The notes under the pieces are model-generated. The model was given only the letters and a program-made list of their open reading frames with translations, had not been told where the DNA came from and made no database searches. From positions 4,064,001 to 4,128,000 of the forward strand of contig OY762897.2 in NCBI GenBank assembly GCA_963666515.2: 64,000 nt of DNA, given 5' to 3'. The translations under genes were made by a program, and so were the position numbers. The stretch is from Candidatus Binatia bacterium (GTDB lineage Bacteria > Desulfobacterota > Binatia > UBA9968 > JAJDTQ01). Of the stretch, positions 38,062 to 51,256 are shown in pieces; the first letter of the stretch is position 1; every line of letters begins with the position of its first letter.

Positions 38062-39522
38062 TTATTCTCCGCGATTCAGCGTCACGGAGACGTCGCCCTT
38101 GGCCACCCGCACGTGCGCCAAGTCGGATTTCCTGGCCAGTTGCTCCACCAGCGCCACCATCGGTGGCCGGGTGCTCACGTACGCTTGGGGCGGCGCGGCC
38201 GCGCGCATCTGGGCGATCTCCTCTTCGCTCATGAGCCAGCGCAGCAACAACTCTTCATCCGACACCCCGTCGCCGCCCAAGCGGGCGCGCATCTCGGAGA
38301 GGGGCGTCTCCTCGGGCTCCTGCGCCGCAATCTCCCTGGCCCGGGGCCGGTCGAGGATATTGTCCTTGACGTTGGGGTCCATGAGCCGGGCGCCTTCCTC
38401 TCCGGCCCGTCCCAGGGCGTAGCGGATCACCTGGTCGGTGACCTCCTTGTAGCGGTCGCCGACGATGACGTTGAGCGCGGCCTGGCTGCCCACGAACTGG
38501 GACAGCGGCGTCACCATGATGGGGTAGCCGAACTCGGCGCGCACCTGGATGGACTCCTCCAGGGCCTGCGGGAACCGGTCGCCCAGGCGCACCTTGTCGA
38601 GTTGATGTTGCAGGTTGGACAGCATGCCGCCGGGCACCTGGTGCTGGTACTGGGCGTAGTCGTATTCCACCGGCTTGCCGATGGGGAAGCCCTCGCGCCT
38701 GGCGATGGTCATGAAGTGCTCGGAGACGGGTTCCAGCACCGACTCGTCCACCAGCGGGTTGTAGCCCAGCGCGCGGGCGTTGCGGGCGACGTTGAAGACC
38801 GAGGGATTGGAGGAGCTGTCCGCCAGCGGCGGCACCGCGGTGTTGACGCTACGGATGCCCAGGTCCATGGCCTCCAGGCAGCACAGCGGCCCCAGGCCGG
38901 TGGTGCAGTGGGTGTGCAACTCGATGGGGATGCCGTTGCAGTTCTCGTACATCACCGGCACCAGCGTGCGCATGCGCTCGGGCGTGAGCAGGCCGCCGGG
39001 GTCCTTGAGGCAGATGATCGGCACGTCGAGGGAGGCCGCCTCGCGGGTCTTCCGGGCGAAGTACTCGTCGGTGTGCTTGGGGGACACCGAGTAGATCATG
39101 TTGATGATGGGCTTGATCCCGACTTCCCGCGACACTTCCACCTTTCGCTTCCATCCCGCGTAGTCGTTCCACTCCTCGGAGATGCGCGCCTCGCGGATGC
39201 CGTTGGCCGCCATGCGCTCCATGAACAGCCGGTACATGCACAGCGGGTTGAACTCGAAGGTGTTGACCCGCCCGGCGATGACCCGGAGCGGAGTCTCGGT
39301 GATGCGCTGCGCCACCAGCCGCACCCGCTCCCACGGGTCCTCCTTCAGCTCCCGCACGCACTTCTTGAGGTGCGACCCGGAGATCAGCTCCATGGCCTCG
39401 AACCCCGCCCGGTCCATCTGCTCGGCGACGGAAAGCATCATGCCCGTGGTCATGTTCTCCGCCCACAGGCTCTGGTGCCCGTCGCGCAGGGTGGTGTCGA
39501 CGAAGGTGATGTCCTTGCTCAT
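38062..39522 (-). CDS. Pyruvate carboxylase subunit B / oxaloacetate decarboxylase alpha-like carboxyltransferase (no biotinyl domain)
   Basis: [53 protein letters not shown]. Confidence 0.88.
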   Translation of the reverse strand: MSKDITFVDTTLRDGHQSLWAENMTTGMMLSVAEQMDRAGFEAMELISGSHLKKCVRELKEDPWERVRLVAQRITETPLRVIAGRVNTFEFNPLCMYRLFMERMAANGIREARISEEWNDYAGWKRKVEVSREVGIKPIINMIYSVSPKHTDEYFARKTREAASLDVPIICLKDPGGLLTPERMRTLVPVMYENCNGIPIELHTHCTTGLGPLCCLEAMDLGIRSVNTAVPPLADSSSNPSVFNVARNARALGYNPLVDESVLEPVSEHFMTIARREGFPIGKPVEYDYAQYQHQVPGGMLSNLQHQLDKVRLGDRFPQALEESIQVRAEFGYPIMVTPLSQFVGSQAALNVIVGDRYKEVTDQVIRYALGRAGEEGARLMDPNVKDNILDRPRAREIAAQEPEETPLSEMRARLGGDGVSDEELLLRWLMSEEEIAQMRAAAPPQAYVSTRPPMVALVEQLARKSDLAHVRVAKGDVSVTLNRGE

Positions 39523-39571
39523 TGGCGTCCTCCAAACCTGCACCTGAACTTATTGTGCAGAGGCGCAAATC

Positions 39572-39751
39572 TCAACCGTTGCGGCTGTCGAGAGGGTCCG
39601 TGTTTGGTTCTGGAGCCGCCTGTGTCTTTCTTCGCTCGTCACGCTGGTCTCGTAGACGCGTCTCCTCGGCGATAAGCGCCTTCGCCCGCTCCAACACTTT
39701 TTCTCGGCGTACCTCGGGCAGTTTCTCGATTCTCTCTTTCAGTGTCGTCAT
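39572..39751 (-). pseudogene. Truncated Xre/HigA-type antitoxin (N-terminus only)
   Basis: MTTLKERIEKLPEVRREKVLERAKALIAEE..LRD.R..RRKTQ breaks off at the start of the HTH. Confidence 0.6.
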
Positions 39752-39796
39752 CGCGAACTCCTTCTCGTTCTGTGCCAGCTTGTCACGCACGGCTGC

Positions 39797-40912
39797 TCAG
39801 CCGAGGCCGTAGAACCGGCGGGGATTGTCGCAGAGGATCTTCTCCACCACGTGAGGCGCTACGTCCTCTTTTCGCCTCATCACCGCCACCATGCCGTCCT
39901 CTCGCGACTGGTCCTGGTGGCCGTAGTCGGAGCCCATGATGATGTGGTCCTCGCCGATATGGGTGAGCAGGTAGGGCAGGTCCTCGTCGGCTTCCGCAGC
40001 CACGTAGAGACGGTAGTCCCGGAACAGGCCGGGCCCCCACTCCAGGCTCGCGTCGGCGTCCCCGCCGGCGTTGAGCCGAGCGCCGCTGGCGCGCTGCAGA
40101 TGGTGCAGCACGTAGGGCACCCACGAGGCGGAGGCCTCGATGAAGCCGAAGCGCACCTCCGGGAAGCGCTCCGGGATCTTGTGCGCCACCAGGTCGCGGA
40201 AGGCGAACAGCGGCAGCGAGCGCACGTGGGGAAGGTTGTGGCTGAAATTCCGGTCGAACACCTTGGTGATGTCGGGCGCGCCCGCCCCGGTGTGGATGCA
40301 GATGGCCATGCCGAGCCGGTTGGCCGCCTCGTACACCGGGAAGAAATACGATTCCGCCAGCGAGCGGTCCCCCTCGACGCCGCGGAAGAACACCCCCACC
40401 GCGCCGTGGTCGCGAGCGGTCTCGATCTCCCGCACCGCCGCCTCCATGTCCCGCAACGGCGGCACCACCACCCATCGCAGCCGGTCCCCGGCCTTCTTCC
40501 ACGCCTCTGCCAGATAGCGGTTGTAGGCCCGGCAGATGGCCACCTCCAGGGCTACGTCCACTTCGAGGTAGCCCAGCAGCAGGGTAGGGTACACCACCTC
40601 CGCGTCCACCCCGCGCTTGTCCATGTCCCGCACCCGCGCTACCGGGTCGGTGACGTACCGCACCGACGCCGCGATGTCCGTTCGGGCATTCTCCCTGTCC
40701 GATCCGCCCACCGCCACCAGCGCGCTGCCCTTGCCGAACCGCTTGGGCACCGCCATGCCGTCGATGAGCCAGACTTGGTTGTTCTCCCCGTAGACGCTGT
40801 CCACCGTGGTCGACGCCAGCACCGGCCGCCGCTGGTACAACTCCGGGTCGAACATCTCCCACATCCCCGGATGCTCGATGATATGCGTGTCCGCATCGAC
40901 GACGCCTGGCAT
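39797..40912 (-). CDS. Amidohydrolase-2 family protein
   Basis: VVDADTH, YNRYLAE, ICIHTG, FGFIEA.ASWVP, MGSDYGH. Confidence 0.9.
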   Translation of the reverse strand: MPGVVDADTHIIEHPGMWEMFDPELYQRRPVLASTTVDSVYGENNQVWLIDGMAVPKRFGKGSALVAVGGSDRENARTDIAASVRYVTDPVARVRDMDKRGVDAEVVYPTLLLGYLEVDVALEVAICRAYNRYLAEAWKKAGDRLRWVVVPPLRDMEAAVREIETARDHGAVGVFFRGVEGDRSLAESYFFPVYEAANRLGMAICIHTGAGAPDITKVFDRNFSHNLPHVRSLPLFAFRDLVAHKIPERFPEVRFGFIEASASWVPYVLHHLQRASGARLNAGGDADASLEWGPGLFRDYRLYVAAEADEDLPYLLTHIGEDHIIMGSDYGHQDQSREDGMVAVMRRKEDVAPHVVEKILCDNPRRFYGLG

Positions 40913-41057
40913 GGTGTCCTCCTTCGGGCGAGTGTGTTCCTGCATGGCAGGATTCGGGTGGCAGGTCAATTGAGTTGTCGCTACCGACGCTCGGGTTCAG
41001 GCGGGCGTAATGTTGATTTGGCTGGCTCATATAGAATGAGTAAAGTAGGCTTCTCGT

Positions 41058-41293
41058 ATGACTAAGCGTTTGCAGGTTCTCTTTGATGAGGAAGAATATC
41101 GAGAGATTCAACGGTTCGCGCGGAGCCAGAGGATGACCCCTGGCGGACTGGGTCCGTCAGGCTCTGCGCAGGGCGCGAAACGACCACCCCGGAAGCATCG
41201 ACGCTAAACTGCGCGCAATCACCGACGCGTCGCGGCATGAGTTTCCGACCGCAGACACTGAAGTCATGCTGCAGGAGATTGAAGCCGGGCGCC
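41058..41293 (+). pseudogene. Frameshifted RHH/VapB-like antitoxin, toxin absent
   Basis: MTKRLQVLFDEEEYREIQR..RMT, extra C in the CCCC at 41137-41140, then LADWVRQALR..HEFPTAD..MLQEIEAG. Confidence 0.65.
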
Positions 41294-41369
41294 CAATCCC
41301 GTCACTGACTCCGATAGGAGTGGTCTTCTCAAGCACAACTAACGGTTGTGCCTCGTCAACGTGGGCTTC

Positions 41370-43664
41370 TCACGGAACGGCGAGACCTTGCACCGCAACT
41401 TGAGTAAGCGCGGCGACGTGAGAGACAGGGTACGGAGACATTTTCATTGCTGTCCTGATCGCACCCCTAAAATTTCCTGCCTTTGCCTGTGCGACAGAAA
41501 TCGCGATTAACACTGAGTTCTGAGCACCTCGATTGTCGCGGATTCGTTGGAGTAACGTGGATGCGGAAGCAACGTGTCCGGCTTCCGCTTGCCCGACGGC
41601 GATTGTTTGTAGTGTCAGTGTACGCTGAAAGTCGTCGCCGATAACGTCCGTCGTCCGCACTGCGGCGCCGATATCGCCTGACTCGGCCTGTGCGACAGCG
41701 ATATCCTTGAGCGCAAAGTAGCGCATAGACGCATCGGAGATTTTGCGCGCACTCCGGAGCGCCGTCGCGAACGTCTTTTCAGCCGCCTCTCGTGATCCCG
41801 CCTCCGCCTGAGCGATGGCGATTGCAATCAATGCCCATGTTCGCTTTCGGCTACCGTCGATGCCTTGCACAGCCTCAAGTGCGGCGGCGATTTCACCCGC
41901 GTTGGCTTCCGCAATAGCCATCTGTTGCAGTACCATGGCCCGTACGTCCCCAAACACTCCAATCCCTTTCGCAGCTGCATCGCGGATACCACTTGCGGCC
42001 TTGAGAGCGGAAGCGAAAGTTCGGCTAGACTCTTCGCGGTTACCGGCTTCTGCTAGCTTACCCGCGATTACTGTCAACAGCCCCACATGCAAGGGAACAT
42101 CTTTAACGTCTTGTAGCTCTCGAAGTGCGCCACTTAAGGTCTGTTGAACCGCTGGACTGTCCCCCATGACGGTCTGCGCGTCGGCAATTTGTACCAAACT
42201 CGCTACGCGGCCAGCAGGTTTCGGAATGCTGGCCACCGTCTTCTTTGCAGCAGTCATGTCTCCCGCCTTAGCCTGCACAACGGCGATCCGGCCCAACATG
42301 TTTGCGGGTGCGTCATCATCAATTGCTTGTTGCTGATCATGTTTGTCCAATATAGCGCTAATTTTTTCTTTCTTCTCTGCAGAGATATACGGGTCGCATA
42401 CTGCCTGTCGCAACATTTGTTCTGTTTCATAGTCTAATGGCACTGAATTTCTTTCCGTCTGAAGAGCTTCAATGCGGTACACAGCCGTCAGAGCGGTAGT
42501 GAGGGTCTGTCTGGCCGCCGACCTATCCCCTCTAGCGGCTTGCTTGTCGGCGACTGTTATCAATGTCCCTACACGGTCGGAGATTTTCTGAATGTCTAAA
42601 GCGACATCAAGTGCAGCATCGGTTTGGCCTATTTCAGCTAACGCAACGGCGACCTCCTCGAATGACTCCAATGGCATCAGTCCCTGGCAGACTCTTCGTG
42701 CAGCGCGGAGTGCAGCCGCAACGGTCTCCCTGGCTGCCTTCCCATCTCCTATTTTCGATTGCGCAACGGCGATCTCTGCCAACGCGCTCGCACGCGAATA
42801 AAAGTCATCGATAAGGTCGCCGATGCCGTGTGCAGTCTCAAGAGCACTCGCTAGTGTCTGCCTTGCCGCGAGCCGGTCTCCTGCTTTGGCTTGTGCAGCG
42901 GCGACGTTTATGAGTGCCTTCACCCGTGAATTATACGCCAGGTCGGCGGCGGCATTCAGAGCGAGCGCGATTATACAGTCAAAATCCGGCATGTCGGGGC
43001 AGGCTGACACAAGCAATTCCTGCACCCATTCCACGGGCAACGCGAAGTTCAGGTTCTCGCCTCGCCACTTGAACGTCGTGATCCCGACGAGGCTACCTTC
43101 CCCGTCGAACAATCCGCCCCCTGACGACCCGGGTGATATGGCCGCATCCGTCTGTATCAAGGGTGCGTTTCGGTGGCCGAAGATGTGCCGCAGTTGCGAC
43201 ACAATTCCGCGGGAAAGCGATAACTCCAGTCCTTTCGGCGCACCGACCGCGTATATCTCCTCGCCCACTGACAATTCCCGCGTCGAACCCAAGCGAGCGA
43301 GGGACCCGACGGGGGCTCCTGACAGGTGTTCTACGAACAGCAAACAGAGATCACGTTCTTCTTGCCGCACCAGCACCGATGCCTTCGTTCGTCGAGTGTT
43401 TCCTGTGACGTGTCTCCACGCTTGTCTCACAGTTATCTGAGCAGCATCTTCCACAACGTGGCAATTCGTCACGACTTTCCGCCTGCCCACGACAACGCCG
43501 CTACCCTGGCTTATGGCCGCGCGGCTGTCCAAGGCCATCACTACGACCACGGAAGGTGCGGCCTTGGGGAACACATCCATTGCGGATATGCTCTGAGCGG
43601 CAGGCGAATGGATCAGAATACCTGCAATTAGAATGACAGAGTGACAAATGGCTGTGAGTTTCAT
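41370..43664 (-). CDS. Exported trypsin-like (S1C) serine protease with C-terminal TPR-like helical repeats
   Basis: Signal peptide; TNCHV, DLCLL, ISPGSSGGGL triad; repeated AL..IA.AQA.AGD units; lower GC. Confidence 0.85.
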   Translation of the reverse strand: MKLTAICHSVILIAGILIHSPAAQSISAMDVFPKAAPSVVVVMALDSRAAISQGSGVVVGRRKVVTNCHVVEDAAQITVRQAWRHVTGNTRRTKASVLVRQEERDLCLLFVEHLSGAPVGSLARLGSTRELSVGEEIYAVGAPKGLELSLSRGIVSQLRHIFGHRNAPLIQTDAAISPGSSGGGLFDGEGSLVGITTFKWRGENLNFALPVEWVQELLVSACPDMPDFDCIIALALNAAADLAYNSRVKALINVAAAQAKAGDRLAARQTLASALETAHGIGDLIDDFYSRASALAEIAVAQSKIGDGKAARETVAAALRAARRVCQGLMPLESFEEVAVALAEIGQTDAALDVALDIQKISDRVGTLITVADKQAARGDRSAARQTLTTALTAVYRIEALQTERNSVPLDYETEQMLRQAVCDPYISAEKKEKISAILDKHDQQQAIDDDAPANMLGRIAVVQAKAGDMTAAKKTVASIPKPAGRVASLVQIADAQTVMGDSPAVQQTLSGALRELQDVKDVPLHVGLLTVIAGKLAEAGNREESSRTFASALKAASGIRDAAAKGIGVFGDVRAMVLQQMAIAEANAGEIAAALEAVQGIDGSRKRTWALIAIAIAQAEAGSREAAEKTFATALRSARKISDASMRYFALKDIAVAQAESGDIGAAVRTTDVIGDDFQRTLTLQTIAVGQAEAGHVASASTLLQRIRDNRGAQNSVLIAISVAQAKAGNFRGAIRTAMKMSPYPVSHVAALTQVAVQGLAVP

Positions 43665-43956
43665 ATCGGCGGCAATTATGGCAGGTCTGAAATCGGCCTT
43701 CAAGGTCTCTGAACTCGAGCGCCGCCAGATGCACGCCGTCAGAGAGAACCTCGATCAGGAATACCAGGCCCCTGACGGTCTCAACCCAACCGCCTCAGCC
43801 AATGCTTCCCCCACCAAATTATCCAACACTTCTCGGACTTGCCCTCCTCGTCGCGAGTGAGCCAAGTCAGTGTGGGCATGTGGTGAAGTCAGGTCCCTGT
43901 GCAGGTCATGCTGGCCACAGGTCCGTTCCATCGGGGTCGCGGCCGAGTTGAGCTTC

Positions 43957-44373
43957 TTATCGTCGGTCTGAAGCCCTGACTTTCAGATGCCGTCCCATCG
44001 CCCCCATCGCCGCGTCCATCTGATCCATCCGGGAGTTGTGGTGGATGTCCAGTATCCGGTCTACCTGTGGCAGGTGCCAGCCGAGGCGGCGCGCCAGTTC
44101 CGCCTTGCCGACGCGTTGCTCCCGCATCTCCTGGTAGAGCATCACCTTGATGGCGGTGAGCGTCGGCAGCACGGCCACCTGTCGGCCGGGTGACGGTGGT
44201 GGAATATCCCGGCCGTCATGAATCCGGGCCGCTATCGCCTCCTCCAGCGCGTCAACCGTCCGTGCCAAGGCGTCCTCTCTGTCAGTCCCGAACGTGGTGA
44301 GTTCCGGGAAGTCCTGGGAGGTGGCGAGCAGGGCGCCCTCGTCGTCTTCGAGTACGATTGGATAGGCGAGCAT
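43957..44373 (-). CDS. hicB: HicB family antitoxin
   Basis: MLAYPIVLEDD, DFPELTTFG, KAELARRLGWHLPQVDR. Confidence 0.85.
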   Translation of the reverse strand: MLAYPIVLEDDEGALLATSQDFPELTTFGTDREDALARTVDALEEAIAARIHDGRDIPPPSPGRQVAVLPTLTAIKVMLYQEMREQRVGKAELARRLGWHLPQVDRILDIHHNSRMDQMDAAMGAMGRHLKVRASDRR

Positions 44374-44440
44374 CAGTTCACCCAGGTCCTTCTTGATCTT
44401 GGCCATGAGACGTGGCCCCAATTCCCTGTTGCCGCCGTGT
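44374..44440 (-). pseudogene. HicA toxin C-terminal remnant, in frame with hicB
   Basis: HGGNRELGPRLMAKIKKDLG directly upstream of hicB. Confidence 0.7.
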
Positions 44441-44468
44441 GCAACACCGCGGCGCGGGTGGAGAGACT

Positions 44469-44786
44469 CTACGCGACCGCCCCAAGACCGTTCTTCGCCA
44501 CCAGCGTCAGCAGCTTCAGCGAAGCCCCGCGAGGGCGCTTCTCGCCGCGCTCCCATTGGCTCACCAGCCCGGTCGTCACGTCGAGGTAGCGCGCGAATAC
44601 CGCTTGGCTCGCATTCTCCCGTAGCCGAAGCGCGCGGATGTCCCTGGGCGCCATGTCCTCGACCGGCGTCAGACACATCTCATCGAACGCCTTCATCGTC
44701 CGCTTCGACATCGCGCCCGCTTCCGTCATGCCGAGCGCCGTCTCGTGCACCGACGCCAACACCTCGCTCTCGTACCGCTTAGCCAT
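44469..44786 (-). CDS. Xre-family HTH antitoxin (HigA-like)
   Basis: SVHETA..TMKAFDEMCL, IRALRLRENASQAVFA, VSQWERGEKRP. Confidence 0.88.
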   Translation of the reverse strand: MAKRYESEVLASVHETALGMTEAGAMSKRTMKAFDEMCLTPVEDMAPRDIRALRLRENASQAVFARYLDVTTGLVSQWERGEKRPRGASLKLLTLVAKNGLGAVA

Positions 44787-44964
44787 GGCAACTCACCTCG
44801 CTGATCGTCCCGTTAGCCAGCATCGCTTCAAGCCCCGCCCCGTCCAGCCCGAGCATCTCACCGGCCAGCGCTCGCACCGCCCTGAGTTCGGTCGGACGGA
44901 GGTTCTCCCGATCACTCTTCGCGAATCCGTGGACGAAAATTGCGCGCTCCTCCCGACGCAGCAC
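44779..44964 (-). pseudogene. RelE/HigB-like toxin, 5'-truncated
   Basis: AIFVHGFAKSDRENL..EL C-terminal half only; overlaps the antitoxin start. Confidence 0.75.
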
Positions 44965-44995
44965 CCGGTGTTATATCTGTCAAGCCGATGCAGGC

Positions 44996-46189
44996 TCACC
45001 CTCCCACCCAATACTCCACCGGTCTCGACAGGAATTCCTCGACGGCGATGCCGTCGCCGCCGACGAGCAGGCCGCGCGCCGGTTGAAAGGCGCTGACGAA
45101 CGCGGCCATTCCGGGCAACGCCTGGCTGTTGCGTCCGCTCTTCACCTCGATGGCCGTCAGGACTCGACCCACACGCACCACGAAGTCCACCTCGCGGTTG
45201 CGTTGGCGCCAGTAGAATACCTCGCACAAGCCGTCGGCGGCCGCATTGGACAGATGGGCGCCCACCGCGGTCTCCACCAACCGTCCCCAGAACTCGCGGT
45301 CTGCGCGAGCCTGGACGAGAGTGAGACGGGTCCCTGCGGTCATCAGGGCGGTGTTGAGGACTTGCAGTTTCGGGCTGGAGCCCCGTCTCGCCACCTCATT
45401 GCCGTACTTTTGCAGTCCTGTCAGCACGCCCGCGCCCGACAGCAACTCCAGATAGTGGGCCAGCGTCGTCGTGTTCCCCGCATCGTGGAGTTGACCCAGC
45501 ATCTTCGTGTACGACAGGATCTGACCCGAATACGCGCACCCCAACTCGAACAGACGCCGCATCAACGCCGGCTTGTCGACGCGGGAGAGCAACAGCACGT
45601 CCCGTGCGATCATGGGCTCGATGAGCGAGTCGCGGATATAGCGGGACCACCGCGCCGGTTGGTCCACCAGGGGCACCGCCCCAGGGTAGGCGCCGTAGAA
45701 CAGGAATTGCTCCAGGGACCATCCGAAGGCCTCCCGCATTTCCGAGTAGCTCCAGTGCGGCAGATGCAGCAGCTCGAAGCGCCCCGCGAGACTCTCCGTC
45801 AGGCCGCGTCCGATCAAGAGTTGCGCCGAACCGGACAGCACCACCTTCAAGCGTCGCCCCTGCCGCGTGTCCTCATCCCACAGCCGCTTGACCGACTCCG
45901 CCCAGTTCGGCGCCTTCTGCACCTCGTCGAGGATGAGAAGCCCCCCTTCTTCCTCGCCCTTTTCCGCCGCCACCCTCGCCGCTTCCCACTGTTGCGCGAT
46001 CCATTCCGGCCCGCGCAGGGTCGGCTCGTCGGCGCTGGCGAAACGATGCTCCAAGCCGGACTGCTCTGCCACCTGCGAGATCAGGGTCGTCTTGCCTACC
46101 TGCCGCGCCCCCGCGATGATCTGCACGAAGCGGCGCGGTTCGCGGAGTCGCCGATGTAGTTCGGCAGCTTGTGGCCGGACATAGGGCAT
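44996..46189 (-). CDS. AAA ATPase / DUF4143 family protein
   Basis: GARQVGKTT, LILDEVQK, ESLAGRF, REVDFVV..AIEVKSG; TTACTCA/TGAGTAA inverted repeat at 46191-46232. Confidence 0.9.
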   Translation of the reverse strand: MPYVRPQAAELHRRLREPRRFVQIIAGARQVGKTTLISQVAEQSGLEHRFASADEPTLRGPEWIAQQWEAARVAAEKGEEEGGLLILDEVQKAPNWAESVKRLWDEDTRQGRRLKVVLSGSAQLLIGRGLTESLAGRFELLHLPHWSYSEMREAFGWSLEQFLFYGAYPGAVPLVDQPARWSRYIRDSLIEPMIARDVLLLSRVDKPALMRRLFELGCAYSGQILSYTKMLGQLHDAGNTTTLAHYLELLSGAGVLTGLQKYGNEVARRGSSPKLQVLNTALMTAGTRLTLVQARADREFWGRLVETAVGAHLSNAAADGLCEVFYWRQRNREVDFVVRVGRVLTAIEVKSGRNSQALPGMAAFVSAFQPARGLLVGGDGIAVEEFLSRPVEYWVGG

Positions 46190-46402
46190 ATTACTCAACA
46201 TACATCGTAATCATACTTAATGTCCTGAGTAAATGGAACAGGATGCAAGCCGTCGCCGATCGGAGCCGGGTATGCCGCAGTCCTTGTATCCTTGGACGCG
46301 ATTGATGACCGCCGATCGCGGCGCGATTCCGGTTGACGCCCCCGCTTCAACCCGGATAATCTCGAAACGAATCCACAGCATTCCACGGAAGGAGAGCATC
46401 CT

Positions 46403-47479
46403 ATGGGATGGGTAGACGCTGACGCGCATGTCGTCGAGAGCCCGCGTACGTGGGACTATCTGACGGCTTCGGAGCAGAAGTACCGGCCGGCCCTGTTCGA
46501 CCCTAACGACGGGACGCAGCGGCAGAACTGGGTCATCGACGGAAAGATCCGCGGGCTGTTCCGGTTCGCGTTCACGGAAGAGGCGCTGGTGGAGCGGTCG
46601 CAGAAGGTCGGGCGGCAGATGACGACCTCCATGGAGACCCGCGACGTGGCCAACGTGGGGGCGCGGCTTGCGCACATGGACGAGCTGGGCATCGACGTGC
46701 AGGTGCTCTACACGAGCATCTTCCTGGACCAGTGCACGGAACGGCCGGAAGTGGACGTGGCCCTTTGCGGTGCCTACAACCGATGGCTGGCGGACATCTG
46801 GAAGGAAGGCAAGGGGCGGCTGCGCTGGATGTGTGTGCTGCCGTTTCTCAGCATGCCGGATGCCATGGACCAGTTGCGCTTCGCCAAGGAGAACGGCGCC
46901 TGCGGCATCTTCATGCGGCCGATGGAGGGTCCCCGCACCGTGGATGACCCGTACTTCTTCCCGATCTACGAGGAGGCGTCGAAGCTGGACCTGTGCATCG
47001 GGCTGCACCAGTCCAACGGCAATGCCAACCTGGTGGACATGCTGGGCAACGCCGACGGCACCCGCGACTTCTTCTGCCAGTACCGCATCTTCAACGTCGG
47101 CGCGTGTTTCCGCCTGGTTAGCTCCGGCGTGCCCAAGACTTTCCCCAAGCTCCGGTTCGGCTTCATCGAGACCGCGGCGTCGTGGATCCCGTGGGTGGTC
47201 TACGAGCTGCGGCGGCGGATCGACACGGTGGAGGACAAGCTGCCGGAGGATCTGCTGAAGGAGTACAATCTGTACGTGACCTGCCAGATCGGCGATGACG
47301 TGCCGTACCTCATGCAGCAGGCCGGCGAGGGCACGCTGATGATCGGCACGGACTACGGGCACGCTGATTCCTCCACGGAGCTGGAAGCGCTCACGTCGCT
47401 CAAGGAGACCGGGGGCATCAGCAAGGAGATGCACACCAGGATCGTGGAAGACAACCCGCGGCAGTTTTACGGGCTGTAA
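46403..47479 (+). CDS. Amidohydrolase-2 family protein
   Basis: VDADAHVVE, YNRWLAD, FGFIETAASWIP, IGTDYGH. Confidence 0.9.
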   Translation: MGWVDADAHVVESPRTWDYLTASEQKYRPALFDPNDGTQRQNWVIDGKIRGLFRFAFTEEALVERSQKVGRQMTTSMETRDVANVGARLAHMDELGIDVQVLYTSIFLDQCTERPEVDVALCGAYNRWLADIWKEGKGRLRWMCVLPFLSMPDAMDQLRFAKENGACGIFMRPMEGPRTVDDPYFFPIYEEASKLDLCIGLHQSNGNANLVDMLGNADGTRDFFCQYRIFNVGACFRLVSSGVPKTFPKLRFGFIETAASWIPWVVYELRRRIDTVEDKLPEDLLKEYNLYVTCQIGDDVPYLMQQAGEGTLMIGTDYGHADSSTELEALTSLKETGGISKEMHTRIVEDNPRQFYGL

Positions 47480-47480
47480 T

Positions 47481-47528
47481 GTCCTTCGACTTCGCGACGT
47501 TTCACGTCGCTACGCTCAGGACGAACGG
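47481..47528 (+). repeat. REP-like palindromic element related to 4323-4380
   Basis: GTCCTTCGACTTCGCGACGTTTCACGTCGCTACGCTCAGGACGAACGG. Confidence 0.65.
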
Positions 47529-47559
47529 TGGGTGAAGGGACGCGAGAAGGGAACACGAG

Positions 47560-50801
<3,242 letters not shown>

Positions 50802-50836
50802 TCGCTGGTTGTAGCGGCGCTTTGTTGGTGGGGGTG

Positions 50837-51157
50837 CTACAGGGTCCCCGTGCTCTTGACCGGAGCCATGTGGACCTCCGGCCCTTCGTCCTCGTCGACC
50901 CAGCCGCCCTTTTCGGCCTCGTTCAGCACGTTGAGGATGGTATCCACCAGCTTCCGGGCCGAATCGACGCTCAACTCCACGGCCACGCGCGCGCCCGGCC
51001 CCTCGGCCTCGTTGACGAAGTCGATGTTGAGGGAGTGCTCCCGGAAGACGTGGTAGGGATGGTCATAGGCCACGTTGGCCTGGTTGACCTTGAACCAGTC
51101 CTCGGAGTTCTTGCCGCTGCCTTCCATCACGACCTTTCTGGCGATCATCGTGCACAT
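50837..51157 (-). CDS. Conserved small protein (DUF6295-like)
   Basis: MCT..GSGK..WF..V.YDHP.H..EHSLNIDF..GPGARVAVELS. Confidence 0.7.
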   Translation of the reverse strand: MCTMIARKVVMEGSGKNSEDWFKVNQANVAYDHPYHVFREHSLNIDFVNEAEGPGARVAVELSVDSARKLVDTILNVLNEAEKGGWVDEDEGPEVHMAPVKSTGTL

Positions 51158-51256
51158 GGTCGTTCCCTTTCGTGTTCTTCGGAATGATGACGCGGGTGCG
51201 GCCCGGAAGCGCCCGGATCGATTCCAGGACGCGTTCCGGGCTGCCCGGAAATCCGC

